Shown here one piece after another: positions 28,779 through 39,349 of a stretch of 64,000 bases of DNA; positions within the stretch are counted from its first letter, which is position 1, and every line of letters starts with the position of its first letter. Position numbers and translations under genes: made by a program. Below the pieces are notes generated by a model that saw only the letters and a list, made by a program, of their open reading frames with translations, was not told where the DNA came from and did not search any database. The stretch spans positions 3,552,001-3,616,000 of the forward strand of contig OZ241917.1 in assembly GCA_965203805.1 (NCBI GenBank). The letters are read 5' to 3'. Source of the DNA: Candidatus Latescibacterota bacterium (lineage in GTDB: Bacteria; Latescibacterota; UBA2968; GCA-2709665).

Positions 28779-31142
28779 TTATTCATACCGCAACGCATCC
28801 ACCGGATTCGCGCGGGCCGTCCAGACTGTCCGGGCGCTCACCGTCAGCAGCACGACCGCAAACGTCAGTACGCCACCCATAACGAACGTCCCGACTCCCG
28901 GATCGATGCGATACGCGAAATCCCGCAGCCATCGATCCATCGCCCACCAGGCGGCCGGCCACGCGATTACATTGGCAATCCCCACCAGCAGCACGAACTC
29001 ACGGGACAACAGACTCACGACGTCTGTCACACTGGCGCCCGATATCTTCCGAATGCCAATCTCCTTCGTCCGCCGCGTTACGGCATACGCCGTCAATCCA
29101 AACGCCCCCAGACACGCAACAAGAAGGGCGAGCAGCGTTCCGTACCCGATGATTCGATGCAATCGCTCTTCGGTTCGGTATTGGCGATCGATGCTTTCAT
29201 CGAGGAAAAAATAGCGGAATCCGGAAGACTGTGTTACGGCTTCCCATTGATCCTTCATATACGCCAGTGTGCCGGGCAGATCGTCGGGACGGACCCGAAC
29301 CATCAGTCGGTCGTATGGATAATCCGGATCGCATTTCAGCAGTGCGGGGCCAATCTTGTGATGGAGCGAACGAAAATGAAAATCGTTCACCACCCCGATC
29401 ACCGTCATTTCGTCGAAAAATCTCAATGTCTTTCCGATCGGCGACCCCGGCCCCAGCCGACTGGCCAGCGTTTCATTGATAACCACGGACGCGGCAGGGT
29501 CTGCTGCAAGATCCCGCGAATAATTCCGCCCTTCGATCAACGCGATGTCCAGCGTTGGAAGAAAATCGAAATCGACATAGAACACCTCCACGCCCTTGAT
29601 GGCCGTTCCTTCATGGTCCACACCACCCCGCGACTGTTGTCTGTTGTCCATCAGGTGGAACATACCGGTCACACCGAGAATCGCGTGATGTGATAGGAGC
29701 GCGTCCCGATAGGTTTCGATGCCTTCGTTCCCCGGGGTTCGCAGCTTGCCGATTTGACTCACGCCAATCAGGTGTTCACTGTCAAAGCCGAGGGGTCTGT
29801 TCCGTAGATAGTCAAGCTGAAGGGTCACCACGAGGGCACAGATGACCAGTGCCGCGGACATCGCGATCTGAAAGACCAGGAGAAACCTGCTGATAAGTCC
29901 TGCCCCTACAATTCTCAATCGGTTGTTGAGCACATGAATCGGCACAAAACCGGCCAGGACAAACGCAGGGTAGCTGCCAGCAGACAACCCCACGATCAAG
30001 GCCAGGCCGATCAACGCGGCCACTGCCGATCCATCCAGATTCTCAGCCAATGAAAGCTCCTGATCCATCAGGCTGTTGAACAACGGCATCAGCACTTCTG
30101 CCAGTACAAGGCCGACCATCAATGCGACGACGCTCAGCAATATCGATTCCGATAGAAATCGCGCGACAACCTGAGTTCTGCGCGCACCAGCCACTTTGCG
30201 TATGCCTACCTCTCGCGCCCGGGATGGCGACCTTCCCAGCGCAAGGGTCGTAAAATTCACACATGCGATTAACAGTATCAGAATTGCAAGGCACAACAGA
30301 ATGTAGCTATAGGCCCGGTCGGTGGCGGGTTCGGGTCCACGGATATCAGGACTGAAGTGCACATCCTCGAGGGGCTGTAATTTCAATTCCTGCTTCTCGC
30401 CCATAATGGGCCACGACCACGTGATGAAACGCGGGAACAGGCCTTCCAATGCCGCGACGTCGATCCGGTCGCGCAACAATGCGTATATGCTGGTATTGCT
30501 TGTCATATTCCACGTGTTCAGCGCGTCCTCGACATTCTCAAAGGACTGTAGAAAGCCGAACTGAATGCTGGAAGCCTCGGGAACATCCTTCAGAATGCCC
30601 GAAATCAAAACCTGGCGCACTTCTGAATCACGTGTAAATGATATCGATTTGCCCAGTGGATCTTCTCTTCCGAAGAATCTCCGAGCGGCTTTTTCTGAAA
30701 TAACGATGGCGTCCTTGCTATCAAGCACCGTTTTCGGGTCGCCTTTCAGCAATGGAAACGTAAAGACATCCCAAAAACCCGGATCCACATATGCGATTCG
30801 CTCCCTGAATGAACGGTCGCCATATCGGAACGTGCGAGACGTGCTATGGATTCTCACCACGCGTTGCATTTGTTCGGGAAATGCTTCCGCCAACGCCGGA
30901 CCGAGAGGACCCGGCATGATCGCCGTGGCGACACTTCCTTCGCCCACTTCACCCCTGTTGTACACACGATATATCCGATCTGCCTTTTCGTGAAATGCGT
31001 CAAAAGACCATTCGTGCCGCACGTACAGGAACGCCAGAATGGAAAACGCAATGCCAAACGCGAGCCCTATGATGTTGATGGCTGAATACACTTTGTGGCG
31101 TATGAGGTCGCGGTACGCCACGGTCAGATAATTTCGGAGCAT
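28779..31142 (-). CDS. MacB/FtsX-like ABC permease, paralogue 3
   Basis: MLRNYL start with the same GAGGCACAGGATCC leader as paralogue 2; ANPVDALRYE. Confidence 0.93.
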   Translation of the reverse strand: MLRNYLTVAYRDLIRHKVYSAINIIGLAFGIAFSILAFLYVRHEWSFDAFHEKADRIYRVYNRGEVGEGSVATAIMPGPLGPALAEAFPEQMQRVVRIHSTSRTFRYGDRSFRERIAYVDPGFWDVFTFPLLKGDPKTVLDSKDAIVISEKAARRFFGREDPLGKSISFTRDSEVRQVLISGILKDVPEASSIQFGFLQSFENVEDALNTWNMTSNTSIYALLRDRIDVAALEGLFPRFITWSWPIMGEKQELKLQPLEDVHFSPDIRGPEPATDRAYSYILLCLAILILLIACVNFTTLALGRSPSRAREVGIRKVAGARRTQVVARFLSESILLSVVALMVGLVLAEVLMPLFNSLMDQELSLAENLDGSAVAALIGLALIVGLSAGSYPAFVLAGFVPIHVLNNRLRIVGAGLISRFLLVFQIAMSAALVICALVVTLQLDYLRNRPLGFDSEHLIGVSQIGKLRTPGNEGIETYRDALLSHHAILGVTGMFHLMDNRQQSRGGVDHEGTAIKGVEVFYVDFDFLPTLDIALIEGRNYSRDLAADPAASVVINETLASRLGPGSPIGKTLRFFDEMTVIGVVNDFHFRSLHHKIGPALLKCDPDYPYDRLMVRVRPDDLPGTLAYMKDQWEAVTQSSGFRYFFLDESIDRQYRTEERLHRIIGYGTLLALLVACLGAFGLTAYAVTRRTKEIGIRKISGASVTDVVSLLSREFVLLVGIANVIAWPAAWWAMDRWLRDFAYRIDPGVGTFVMGGVLTFAVVLLTVSARTVWTARANPVDALRYE

Positions 31143-31243
31143 GGATCCTGTGCCTCCAGTCGAAGACTTCCTCATCCATTCCCCTAAGTCCTCTGCATAT
31201 CGGACAAAAATGGATCGCAGCCACCCCGGCGGTCTATGATAAT

Positions 31244-31258
31244 GCGATTATTGTGCCA
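31244..31258 (-). promoter_or_regulatory. Sigma-54 -24/-12 promoter
   Basis: Minus strand TGGCACAATAATCGC. Confidence 0.7.
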
Positions 31259-31322
31259 GTGAAACAAGCTATTAATTAACAAATGGTTGCGACATATAAC
31301 GGTCCCTGCGGCCGACCGCAAG

Positions 31323-31359
31323 TGTTCGATAATGACACACTGCTGTGCGAAAATGAACA
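31323..31359. promoter_or_regulatory. Tandem operator B
   Basis: TGTTCGATAATGACACA-N4-TGTGCGAAAATGAACA. Confidence 0.7.
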
Positions 31360-31535
31360 CTCTGTCGGGCGACTCACCGTCGCGGGGACGGATATCGGAC
31401 AATTGGCCGAAAGCGGACGGGTGGAGCATCCGACGATTTATAACGGTCATTATCGCAAATATGGAATTGCATCAGGACCGGAATCTTGTGATATTTGCCT
31501 GGGGACTAACCTACAGCCTGACCCGGAGGATGCCG

Positions 31536-31763
31536 ATGTACAAGATTTCCCTTACTGAAGCCAAATCGCGATTGGCTGAACTGGTTAAGGAAGCCGTGAG
31601 CGGTGAAGAAATTATCATTACTCAGCAAAATGGCTCTGCAGTTAGACTGGTACCCCTCGCGTCCGACAAACCTGTTCCAGAATTCGGTAGCGCCCGGGGA
31701 CTCGTAGAGATGACTGACGATTTCGACGAACCTATTAAGGGTTTCGAGAATTATGCCCCATGA
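31536..31763 (+). CDS. Phd/YefM-type antitoxin
   Basis: ISLTEAKSRLAELV..A.SGEEIIIT; FGSARG...M.DDFDEP; GGAGG RBS; ATGA overlap with the toxin. Confidence 0.88.
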   Translation: MYKISLTEAKSRLAELVKEAVSGEEIIITQQNGSAVRLVPLASDKPVPEFGSARGLVEMTDDFDEPIKGFENYAP

Positions 31764-32152
31764 AGTTGCTTCTCGACACACACACCTTTCTGTGGTTTAT
31801 AGGTGGGAGTTCCAATCTTGCCGCAGGCGCACGGAGTTTGATAGAGAATTCGGAAAATGAGCGCCTTTTGAGCATAGCCAGTTTGTGGGAAATAGCCATA
31901 AAAATCAGCATTGGAAAACTACGACTCAACACTTCGTTTAGGAACTTGCATGAACGACAAATCAAAGGAAATGGCATTGATTTACTACAAATCTATCCAT
32001 CGCATCTTGATGTCCTCAAATCCCTCTCTTTTTCTCATCACGACCCCTTTGACCGCCTGATCATCGCGCAGAGTATTGTGGACAGGATCCCGATTGTGAG
32101 TCGAGACACAATGTTTGACGCCAATCCAATTGAGAGACTCTGGGCGACGTAA
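31760..32152 (+). CDS. vapC: PIN-domain VapC toxin
   Basis: LLLDTH.FLW, S.ASLWEIAIK, H.DPFDRLIIAQ, IVSRD. Confidence 0.92.
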   Translation: MKLLLDTHTFLWFIGGSSNLAAGARSLIENSENERLLSIASLWEIAIKISIGKLRLNTSFRNLHERQIKGNGIDLLQIYPSHLDVLKSLSFSHHDPFDRLIIAQSIVDRIPIVSRDTMFDANPIERLWAT

Positions 32153-32535
32153 TGGCCGACTGCGATCACTACCCATCCATCGAAATACCTGCGGCGCCCT
32201 GATTGCCTGTCACCTCGGTTTCAATGCCAAAACCCTCTGCAACAATCCTCGCCGAATACAAACACACCCATACTGTGCCCCGACCAAATCCCTCAATCAA
32301 CCGACGAAGCCATTCGTCAGTATCCATTTAGCCCTCAATCCATCGCACGCAGAGTCGCACGATGCCGATTCACGGGGCTCCTCCACGCACCTTTGAACAT
32401 CCTGTCCAGCGCATCAATCGACAAATTCACTCCGCGATTGTCATCTATAATCCGTCTTTCCGTCTACATCGCGCGGGCAGGTCGGCGAGGCAGGTAACCC
32501 AGAGTCCCTATTTCCAGGACGGGTGGTGATTATTC

Positions 32536-32679
32536 ATGGAACAAATCTCCTCGGAAGACGATCAAATCCATGAAACCAATATACAATCTCAAAAGGGGGT
32601 GGTCACCGTGCCACAGATCAAACGGCGAAGGCGCCGCCCGAGGCTTATATTCGTCAAGGGTCGAAGGCGACCAAAGTGA
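32536..32679 (+). CDS. Candidate small peptide: acidic N-half, Arg-rich C-half (47 aa, or 23 aa from GTG 32608)
   Basis: SD-like GGGTGGTGA before the ATG and AAGGGGGTG before the GTG; TATAAT at 32446; hairpin downstream. Confidence 0.4.
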   Translation: MEQISSEDDQIHETNIQSQKGVVTVPQIKRRRRRPRLIFVKGRRRPK

Positions 32680-32692
32680 TCAATTTGCGCAA

Positions 32693-32733
32693 AGAATCAC
32701 CGGTCTCGTAGAGAGGCCGGTGATTCTATTTTC
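32693..32733 (+). terminator. Intrinsic terminator-like hairpin
   Basis: 15-bp stem agaatcaccggtctc / gaggccggtgattct followed by attttc. Confidence 0.6.
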
Positions 32734-32764
32734 ACGATCAAGCCTCCACCGTCAAACCAAGAAA

Positions 32765-33360
32765 GGCAGCGATCAGCCGTTAGCCGTCAGCCAAAACCGA
32801 AAACCAAACACCGCAACCCATACAAACCCAACACAGCAAAGCCGGGGCTGGGAGAGAGGTCTGCGCCCTTCTGGTCCTGGTGCGTCACGGCGTCGACGAG
32901 ACGTGATGTCGGTTTTAGCTGAAAGCCTTTCTCCGATAGTTGTTTGCTCCTCGCTCACAGAAAATGACCGTATAGACGTATGAATAGCCTTTCGAGAGGG
33001 CTACCAAAGCAGAGCGCGCTGATCCGTCCAGCTACGCGGGTCAATGTGACGCCGTGGGTGTGAGGGCAGCGAATTGTGTGCATTCTGTGAGGGTGTTCGC
33101 GCTGTGCATATGGCAGGCCCCGCCTGCCTGCCGCGCGGGGCTTGGCGCAGGCAGGCGCCCAGCGGCGACTTTTGGTTCCTTTTGGTCGCTTCAAAAGGAA
33201 CACGCCGTAGGCAGGGAATTTGGGGAAAGGGTAGTTTGAATTTGGTCTTCGTCGTTTGAATCAAGCTGACTGCTGATCACCGACTGCTGATAGCTGCTCT
33301 TTCCCTTTGTGTCTCCGTGTGAGCCTTCTGTGTCGCGCCGCTGAACGCTGCTTTTTTTCT
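32765..33360. repeat. Mosaic intergenic repeat block
   Basis: Heptamer tracts (32772, 33263), CCTGCCTG palindrome 33123-33155, ttttggttccttttgg...caaaaggaac motif. Confidence 0.6.
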
Positions 33361-33366
33361 CCCCCT

Positions 33367-34560
33367 CTACCCTCGTGAGAGGGGCCGGGAGTTGAGGGTC
33401 TCCCCGCCTTTGGGTATTTTGAATACCAACCCCACGCCGATCAGCATCAGAACGGCGCTGACCTCGAATGCCCGCCGCAGGCCGTATGCGTCTCCCATCA
33501 TGCCGAGCATCAACATCGCCAGTCCCCGAAGCGCGAATCCTCCGCCCATGTAGAGCCCAGTCGCAAACGCCCGGTTTTCCGGGCAGCTTTCCTGGACCAT
33601 CGCCAACACCACCGGTCCGGTCGCAAGCGCGACAAAACCCATAACGACCAGAACGGGAAAGAGAAACCAGCCCTGGCTCTGGAGAAACAGAAACAGCAGG
33701 AGCGGGCTCCCGATCATGGAAAAGGCGAGCACCTGTTTGCGCCCCCACCGGTCGCTGACCCATCCGCCGATCAGCGCCCCCGCGATGCCCGCGCCTTCCA
33801 GCACGGAAAGAGACGCGCCGGCCAGCCACAGGCTCGCGCCTTCTTCATTCAGAAAGGTCGGGAGAAATGCGGTCAGCGAAGCCATCATAAACGCCCTGAC
33901 AAAGACAATCCCGGATAGCGGGACCATAACGGGCGCCATCCGCCGCAGCGCGGCTTGCCACGGGAGCGCGCGATAGAAGGAAAACGCACGGACGGCGCCG
34001 CGCCTCATCCGGAACAGGAGCACCAGCGAGGCCAGGATCCCGGCCGGAATCAAGTAGGTTGTCCCGACGATCCCCCAGAGGCCGATGGCGCTCACGATCA
34101 GGATGGGGCCCAGGGTGCGGCCGAGTTCGCCGCACAACATCCAGATGCCCATGCCGCGCCCCAGGCTCGGACCCGAGAGCATCCCGGCCATCGCCGGTCC
34201 GACCGCGTGAAAGGCGGCTGATGCAAATCCGGTGACGAGCAACAAAGCGACCAGGGACCCATAGTTCGGCGCGACACCGAGCAGGCTCATGGCAATGCCC
34301 GTAAACGCGGGCCCCAGAATCACGAGGAACCGCAGATTCGAGCGGTCCGCCCGATGCCCGATAATCGGCTGAAACACCGACGGCGCCTGTCTCGCCAACA
34401 TCAACAGGCTGGCCTCGGTTTTCGACAGGGAAAGCGTTTGAATGAAGATGGGAAGCAGCGGCGCCAGGAATCCGCTGTACGTGTCGTGTACGGCGTGCCC
34501 GCCGGACAGCACGACCACGTCGGCGGTCTGGAACCGCTCCTCCTGACGCCTATCGGACAT
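33367..34560 (-). CDS. MFS transporter (Fsr-like)
   Basis: GHAVHDTY..FLAPLLP, QPIIG..ADR, SAAFH, GW.SDRWGRK; about 12 hydrophobic segments. Confidence 0.9.
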   Translation of the reverse strand: MSDRRQEERFQTADVVVLSGGHAVHDTYSGFLAPLLPIFIQTLSLSKTEASLLMLARQAPSVFQPIIGHRADRSNLRFLVILGPAFTGIAMSLLGVAPNYGSLVALLLVTGFASAAFHAVGPAMAGMLSGPSLGRGMGIWMLCGELGRTLGPILIVSAIGLWGIVGTTYLIPAGILASLVLLFRMRRGAVRAFSFYRALPWQAALRRMAPVMVPLSGIVFVRAFMMASLTAFLPTFLNEEGASLWLAGASLSVLEGAGIAGALIGGWVSDRWGRKQVLAFSMIGSPLLLFLFLQSQGWFLFPVLVVMGFVALATGPVVLAMVQESCPENRAFATGLYMGGGFALRGLAMLMLGMMGDAYGLRRAFEVSAVLMLIGVGLVFKIPKGGETLNSRPLSRG

Positions 34561-34742
34561 AGGATGCTCACACGTGAAAAAGCGGCCCGTACTGACCGCT
34601 TTTCCAGCCTCTTCAATTCACAAAACGGGAATTCACATGGTTGGACCTGCCCGCCTGTCCAGCCAGCGCAGCCAGGCGGGCTGAAGCAGGCGAGGCAGGC
34701 AGGATAGACAGGTTAACGTCCCCGAAAATTGAGGAATCATAG

Positions 34743-36116
34743 TCAGACGCGCACCCAATACAGCTGGTTGTCGATGGTCTCGCCCTCGTCCGTGTATCGG
34801 GATTCGCCCAGCGTGTAGATGAATGACGGACGGGCGCCTGCCGGGATCGGGTTGGCGCCGTTCGGGCGTTCCAGGGAAGACATAACCTGACCCTCTTCAG
34901 GGTCGAATGCAAGCACCTCGCGCGGCGTGAACGTCTCCCCGTAATCGGACGATTCGAGCCACACGATTCGTGAGAGTTCATCATGCTCGCGCAGCCAGAA
35001 GGTGGGCAGGCCATGGATGCCGGGGGACCAGTTCTTGTCCGGGTGACCCAGGGGAACGAGTTGGGCGAGAATGCAAAGGACGTCATCGGACGTCATGATC
35101 GGCTTGAAGGCGACCATCCCCCAGCCGGGCCAGTGCGACGCCACGGCCTCACTCAACGGTAGTTCACGCCACTTCCCGGCGTCGGGCGTCTTCAAGTAGG
35201 CACGACAGGGCGTGGGTGTGTGGCGCACGTAGCCGACGTAGGGCCGGTCCTTCGAATCGACGGCCAGGCCGCAGTGGTCAATGCCTGGCTTGGGGTTGTT
35301 GCTCTCACCCTCCTCCAGCAGGTCGAGCGTGTCGGTCGTCGCCGGAAGCGGAACCGGCGTCCCGTCGGCTTTCTGCCAGGCGCGGCCGGAGTCGAACGAG
35401 CGCATGTAGCCCACCGCTTGATACAGACCGGATACGTCGCGTGAGTGCTCTCCCGCATTCGGCTTGCGACCCAGGAAAAAGGCCGTGCTCATGTGCATTG
35501 TCTTCCTGCCCGGGCCCCAGGCCACGTCGTTGTTCATGCCGGTGTACCCCGTGAAACGCGGCTGCCGGGTCACGATCAGGCCACGGCTCCGCCACGGGCC
35601 CCCAGAAGGTCTTTCCCACATCTCCATGCCCTTGTGGCTGCCGTCTCGGACCATGAGGTGAAGCGTGTCGTCGGGGCCGCACAGGAGCACGGGATAGGTG
35701 TTTCGGCCAAAGGCCTCGACGGGGGTCCACGCCGACGTATCGTGCGGCCGCAGCGAACGCTGGTACTGCAGAGGCGAGTTGTGTCCGCCCATGACCATAT
35801 GCAGGTAGCCCCGGCTATCGACCGCAAGGGTGGGACGCGAATGCTCGTCGACGCCCTCGGCCAGGAGAGCGCCGGCGGTCCACCTGCCCGATTCATGATC
35901 GAGCGTGCGTACCCTTGCGAAGTACCTCTGGTCGTACGAGTCCTGCCAGGCAATGTGGGTTCTTCCGGCGCAGGTAACGATCTTGTTCCCCGGGCCCTGG
36001 CTCGCGCGTTCGCCGGCGATTACGGACAGCAAGGCGTCGCCGCGGTTGCGATCGGCAGCGGCGAACGGATCGCCCACGTCGCAGGTCCTGATACGTTCGA
36101 GCAACTCAGTCTCCAT
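34743..36116 (-). CDS. BNR/Asp-box repeat protein (BNR_4-like)
   Basis: DEH..P.LAVD..GYLH...GH, YMRSFDSGRAW, SSDYGETF. Confidence 0.8.
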   Translation of the reverse strand: METELLERIRTCDVGDPFAAADRNRGDALLSVIAGERASQGPGNKIVTCAGRTHIAWQDSYDQRYFARVRTLDHESGRWTAGALLAEGVDEHSRPTLAVDSRGYLHMVMGGHNSPLQYQRSLRPHDTSAWTPVEAFGRNTYPVLLCGPDDTLHLMVRDGSHKGMEMWERPSGGPWRSRGLIVTRQPRFTGYTGMNNDVAWGPGRKTMHMSTAFFLGRKPNAGEHSRDVSGLYQAVGYMRSFDSGRAWQKADGTPVPLPATTDTLDLLEEGESNNPKPGIDHCGLAVDSKDRPYVGYVRHTPTPCRAYLKTPDAGKWRELPLSEAVASHWPGWGMVAFKPIMTSDDVLCILAQLVPLGHPDKNWSPGIHGLPTFWLREHDELSRIVWLESSDYGETFTPREVLAFDPEEGQVMSSLERPNGANPIPAGARPSFIYTLGESRYTDEGETIDNQLYWVRV

Positions 36117-36302
36117 TGCTCTCCTCCCTCGTCATCCATCGAGCGCCAGATGCTCTTTATGCGACAAGCGCCCGGGATATCCCGGGCGCAAAAGAAAAGA
36201 CTGGATAACTGAATGTAAGTCAATTCGCTATGGAAACTCAAGAACGAGTGTTTGTGGCTTTCTGCGCGCAACATTGCTGACGATGCCGCCAGAGAAACCA
36301 GG

Positions 36303-36936
36303 CCTCCGCGCATATGGGCCGGCGATGGCTTCCGCTGAACGTCAACCCGAGAAGACGGGAGATTCTTCGCTCCGCTCAGAATGACATGTGTTGCAATGGC
36401 TATGAGCGAAATGTTCCGGTCATACCTTCTTCCGACCGTCATCGTGAAGAAGCCGCGGTGAGGGTGGGGCAGACATTCCTGTCTGCCCACGTCAATGTCT
36501 TTCTGTCGGCATGGACGTAGACTGAGGAAGCCGCCAATGAAAGGAAGCGTCCGCGCATATGGGCTGGCGATGGCTTACGCTGAACGTCAACCCGAGAAGA
36601 CGGGAGATTCTTCGCTCCGCTCAGAATGACATGTGTTGCAATGGCTATAAGCGAGATGTTTCGGTCATACCTTCGCCCAAACTGTCATCCTGAGGAAGCC
36701 GCCCTGCCTGGCAGCGGTTCACCGGCAGGCAGGCTGACGAAGGATCTACTGCAGCATCGCTTGATACCCGAGCGTCTTCTGTCATTCGCAGGGACCTGGC
36801 AGGCGGCACGTTTGCGCCTACACGGTCAGGCTGACGCGGCGCGTGTGTTGATGCGCCCGCCCAAACTGTCATCCTGAGGAAGCCGCGAGGCTGCTCCCCT
36901 ATCCGCCCCGGGGAGGGGCTGGGGGAGGGGTCGCCA
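36303..36936. repeat. Composite repeat array 1
   Basis: 81-nt cores at 36306 and 36551, plus gggcagacattcctgtctgccc, gtcatcctgagg...gaaggatct and cccc..ggggaggggctgggggagg modules. Confidence 0.9.
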
Positions 36937-39318
36937 CTACTCATACCGTAGCGCGTCCACTGGATTCGCGCGGGCTGCTTTGAGCGTCTCATAGCTCACG
37001 GTCAGTAGCGCAATGCACAACGCTAACAAGCCCCCAAGGACAAACGTGGAGATGGCCGGATCAATCCGGTAGGCGAAATTCTCCAGCCATCTCGTCATCG
37101 CAAAGTAGGCGATCGGCCAGGCGACGAGATTGGCAGCACCGACAAGCAGGACATATTCTTTTGACAAGAGCAAGACAATACTGGAAACAGATGCCCCCAA
37201 CGCCTTCCGGATACCGATCTCCTTGGTACGTTGTTGCACGCTTATGGACGCCAGACCAAACAGACCAAGGGCGGCCACGACAATCGCCAGGACTGAGAAA
37301 CTGCCGAATAGCATCCCCAGCCGAGCTTCCGTCCGGTACAGCCGGTCGAATGACGTATCCAGGAACGAGTATTCAAACGGCGTATTCGGTACGACTTCGC
37401 GCCACTGAGTTCTCAGGAAATCCACCGTGCCGGCAACATCCTCCGGGCTGATCCGGATTGAAAGGTAGTCTTTCCAGCCCCAATCGCCCATCATGATCAC
37501 AAGTGGTTCGATTTCATGATGGAGAGATTTGTAATGAAAGTCGTTCACGACGCCGATCACGTCTCCTCGATCTTCCCCGGCCAAGCCAGTGCCATCCGGA
37601 ACGACCAATTCCAGCTCCTTACCTGCACAGGATACCCATCCGAATGCCCGCATGGCCGCCTGATTCAGCATGAAGGCGCCCGTGCGGTCGCTTCCGAACT
37701 CATCTGAAAAGTTCCTTCCCTCCAGGACTTCAATGCCAAATGTCCTTATGAACTCGTGGTCTACGTGAAACACATTCAGCAACAGGGGATCTCTAGCTGC
37801 TTCTTCCCCCGGTGGACGGAAGAGGTGGCTGGAAATCACACGGCCGGGCACGGTGGATGAGGCAGACACGTTTATTACAGAACTGTGTAATGACACAGCG
37901 TTTTCATATCGTCCCATAATATCGCTGCCGCCGTACGGTACGATGAGCACATGGTCTTCGCGAAAACCAAGACGCTTGTTGCGAACAAAACCTGCCTGGT
38001 CATATACGACACCCGTCCCTATTAACAGAATGACAGAAGTGGCGAATTGGACGACGACAAGCGTCCTTTGCATACTTGATTTCCTTGTGCCAACGCCAAT
38101 CACACCCTTCAAGCCGGCGACCGGCCGTGTCGCGGAGAGAAAAACGGCGGGATAGCTCCCGGCGAGTACACCTGTAAACAGCAACATGCCGATCAGCGAC
38201 AGCACGACATCCCGGCGCATCAGGTCATCCAATGCCAGGTCGCGTTCGACAAAGGCGCCAAATGACGGCAGCACAATTTCGACCAATACGACGGCGATGC
38301 TGATGGCAATTGAAGCCAGCAACGTCGATTCGCCCAGAAACTGGAAGATTAGCTGCCGTCGAATTGCGCCAACCGCTCCCCGTATACCTACTTCCTTCGT
38401 CCGGTACACAGAACGGGCAGTCGAAAGATTCGTAAAATTGATGCAGGCGAGCAGTAATACGAGAAAAGCGATGGCGAGTAAGAAATAGACATACCGGACG
38501 TCCCCGTTGGGACTGATTTCGTGTTCCAGGTGCGAATGGAGATGGATGTCGGTCAAAGGCTGTAAAAACGACTTCAACTCTATTCCTGACTGGCTGACTT
38601 GCGCGCCTATGTGTCTACTTATAAAATCAGGCAACTGTCGTTTCAGTTCGGCCACAGTCTGCCTGTCCTGCAATAGCAGATAGGTATAGAAATCGTGGTC
38701 GAACCATCCTTTTTTCTTTACGGGTGATGCCAGAAAATCGAACTGCAGATGAGATCTGTAATCGGTGTGCCTAAGAACTCCTGTGACCCTGTACGCCTTG
38801 CCGCCAACCGTAAGCGTCTGATCCAGAGGCTCCAGATCACCGAAATACTTACGAGCCATCGCTTCGGTCAGAACGATAGAATGTGGCTCCAGAAGCGCCT
38901 TATCAGGTTCTCCCTTGCTCAGAGGAAATTCGAAAACCTTGAAGACGTTGGCGTCCGTGTACAGGACGCCTTTTTCGTAAGACTTCACACGCTGATTCCC
39001 AACCAGCGTTTTTTCTTCATCTCTGTAAAATCGGATGGCATCGACCACGAACGGATAGTCCTGAACGAGTGCAGGGCCGATCGGGTATTGTGTTATCGCA
39101 ATCCATCGCGTTTTTCCTTCTATACGTACCTCGTGGGCAAGCCTGAAAATCCGATCCGCGTTTTCGTGGTGCCGGTCATAGCTCAGTTCATCTTGAACGT
39201 AAAGGAGAATGAGCATGCAGCAGGCCATGCCGATTGCAAGCCCGAGGATATTGATCGCCGAAAACGTCTTGTTCCTCATCAAATTGCGAATGGCGACTTT
39301 CAGGTAGTTTGCGACCAC
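36937..39318 (-). CDS. MacB/FtsX-like ABC permease, paralogue 4
   Basis: GTG start after AGGAGG; KEIGIRKALGA; ANPVDALRYE. Confidence 0.93.
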   Translation of the reverse strand: MVANYLKVAIRNLMRNKTFSAINILGLAIGMACCMLILLYVQDELSYDRHHENADRIFRLAHEVRIEGKTRWIAITQYPIGPALVQDYPFVVDAIRFYRDEEKTLVGNQRVKSYEKGVLYTDANVFKVFEFPLSKGEPDKALLEPHSIVLTEAMARKYFGDLEPLDQTLTVGGKAYRVTGVLRHTDYRSHLQFDFLASPVKKKGWFDHDFYTYLLLQDRQTVAELKRQLPDFISRHIGAQVSQSGIELKSFLQPLTDIHLHSHLEHEISPNGDVRYVYFLLAIAFLVLLLACINFTNLSTARSVYRTKEVGIRGAVGAIRRQLIFQFLGESTLLASIAISIAVVLVEIVLPSFGAFVERDLALDDLMRRDVVLSLIGMLLFTGVLAGSYPAVFLSATRPVAGLKGVIGVGTRKSSMQRTLVVVQFATSVILLIGTGVVYDQAGFVRNKRLGFREDHVLIVPYGGSDIMGRYENAVSLHSSVINVSASSTVPGRVISSHLFRPPGEEAARDPLLLNVFHVDHEFIRTFGIEVLEGRNFSDEFGSDRTGAFMLNQAAMRAFGWVSCAGKELELVVPDGTGLAGEDRGDVIGVVNDFHYKSLHHEIEPLVIMMGDWGWKDYLSIRISPEDVAGTVDFLRTQWREVVPNTPFEYSFLDTSFDRLYRTEARLGMLFGSFSVLAIVVAALGLFGLASISVQQRTKEIGIRKALGASVSSIVLLLSKEYVLLVGAANLVAWPIAYFAMTRWLENFAYRIDPAISTFVLGGLLALCIALLTVSYETLKAARANPVDALRYE

Positions 39319-39349
39319 GTAGGGTCACCTCCTGCGTTTCATTGACGCG

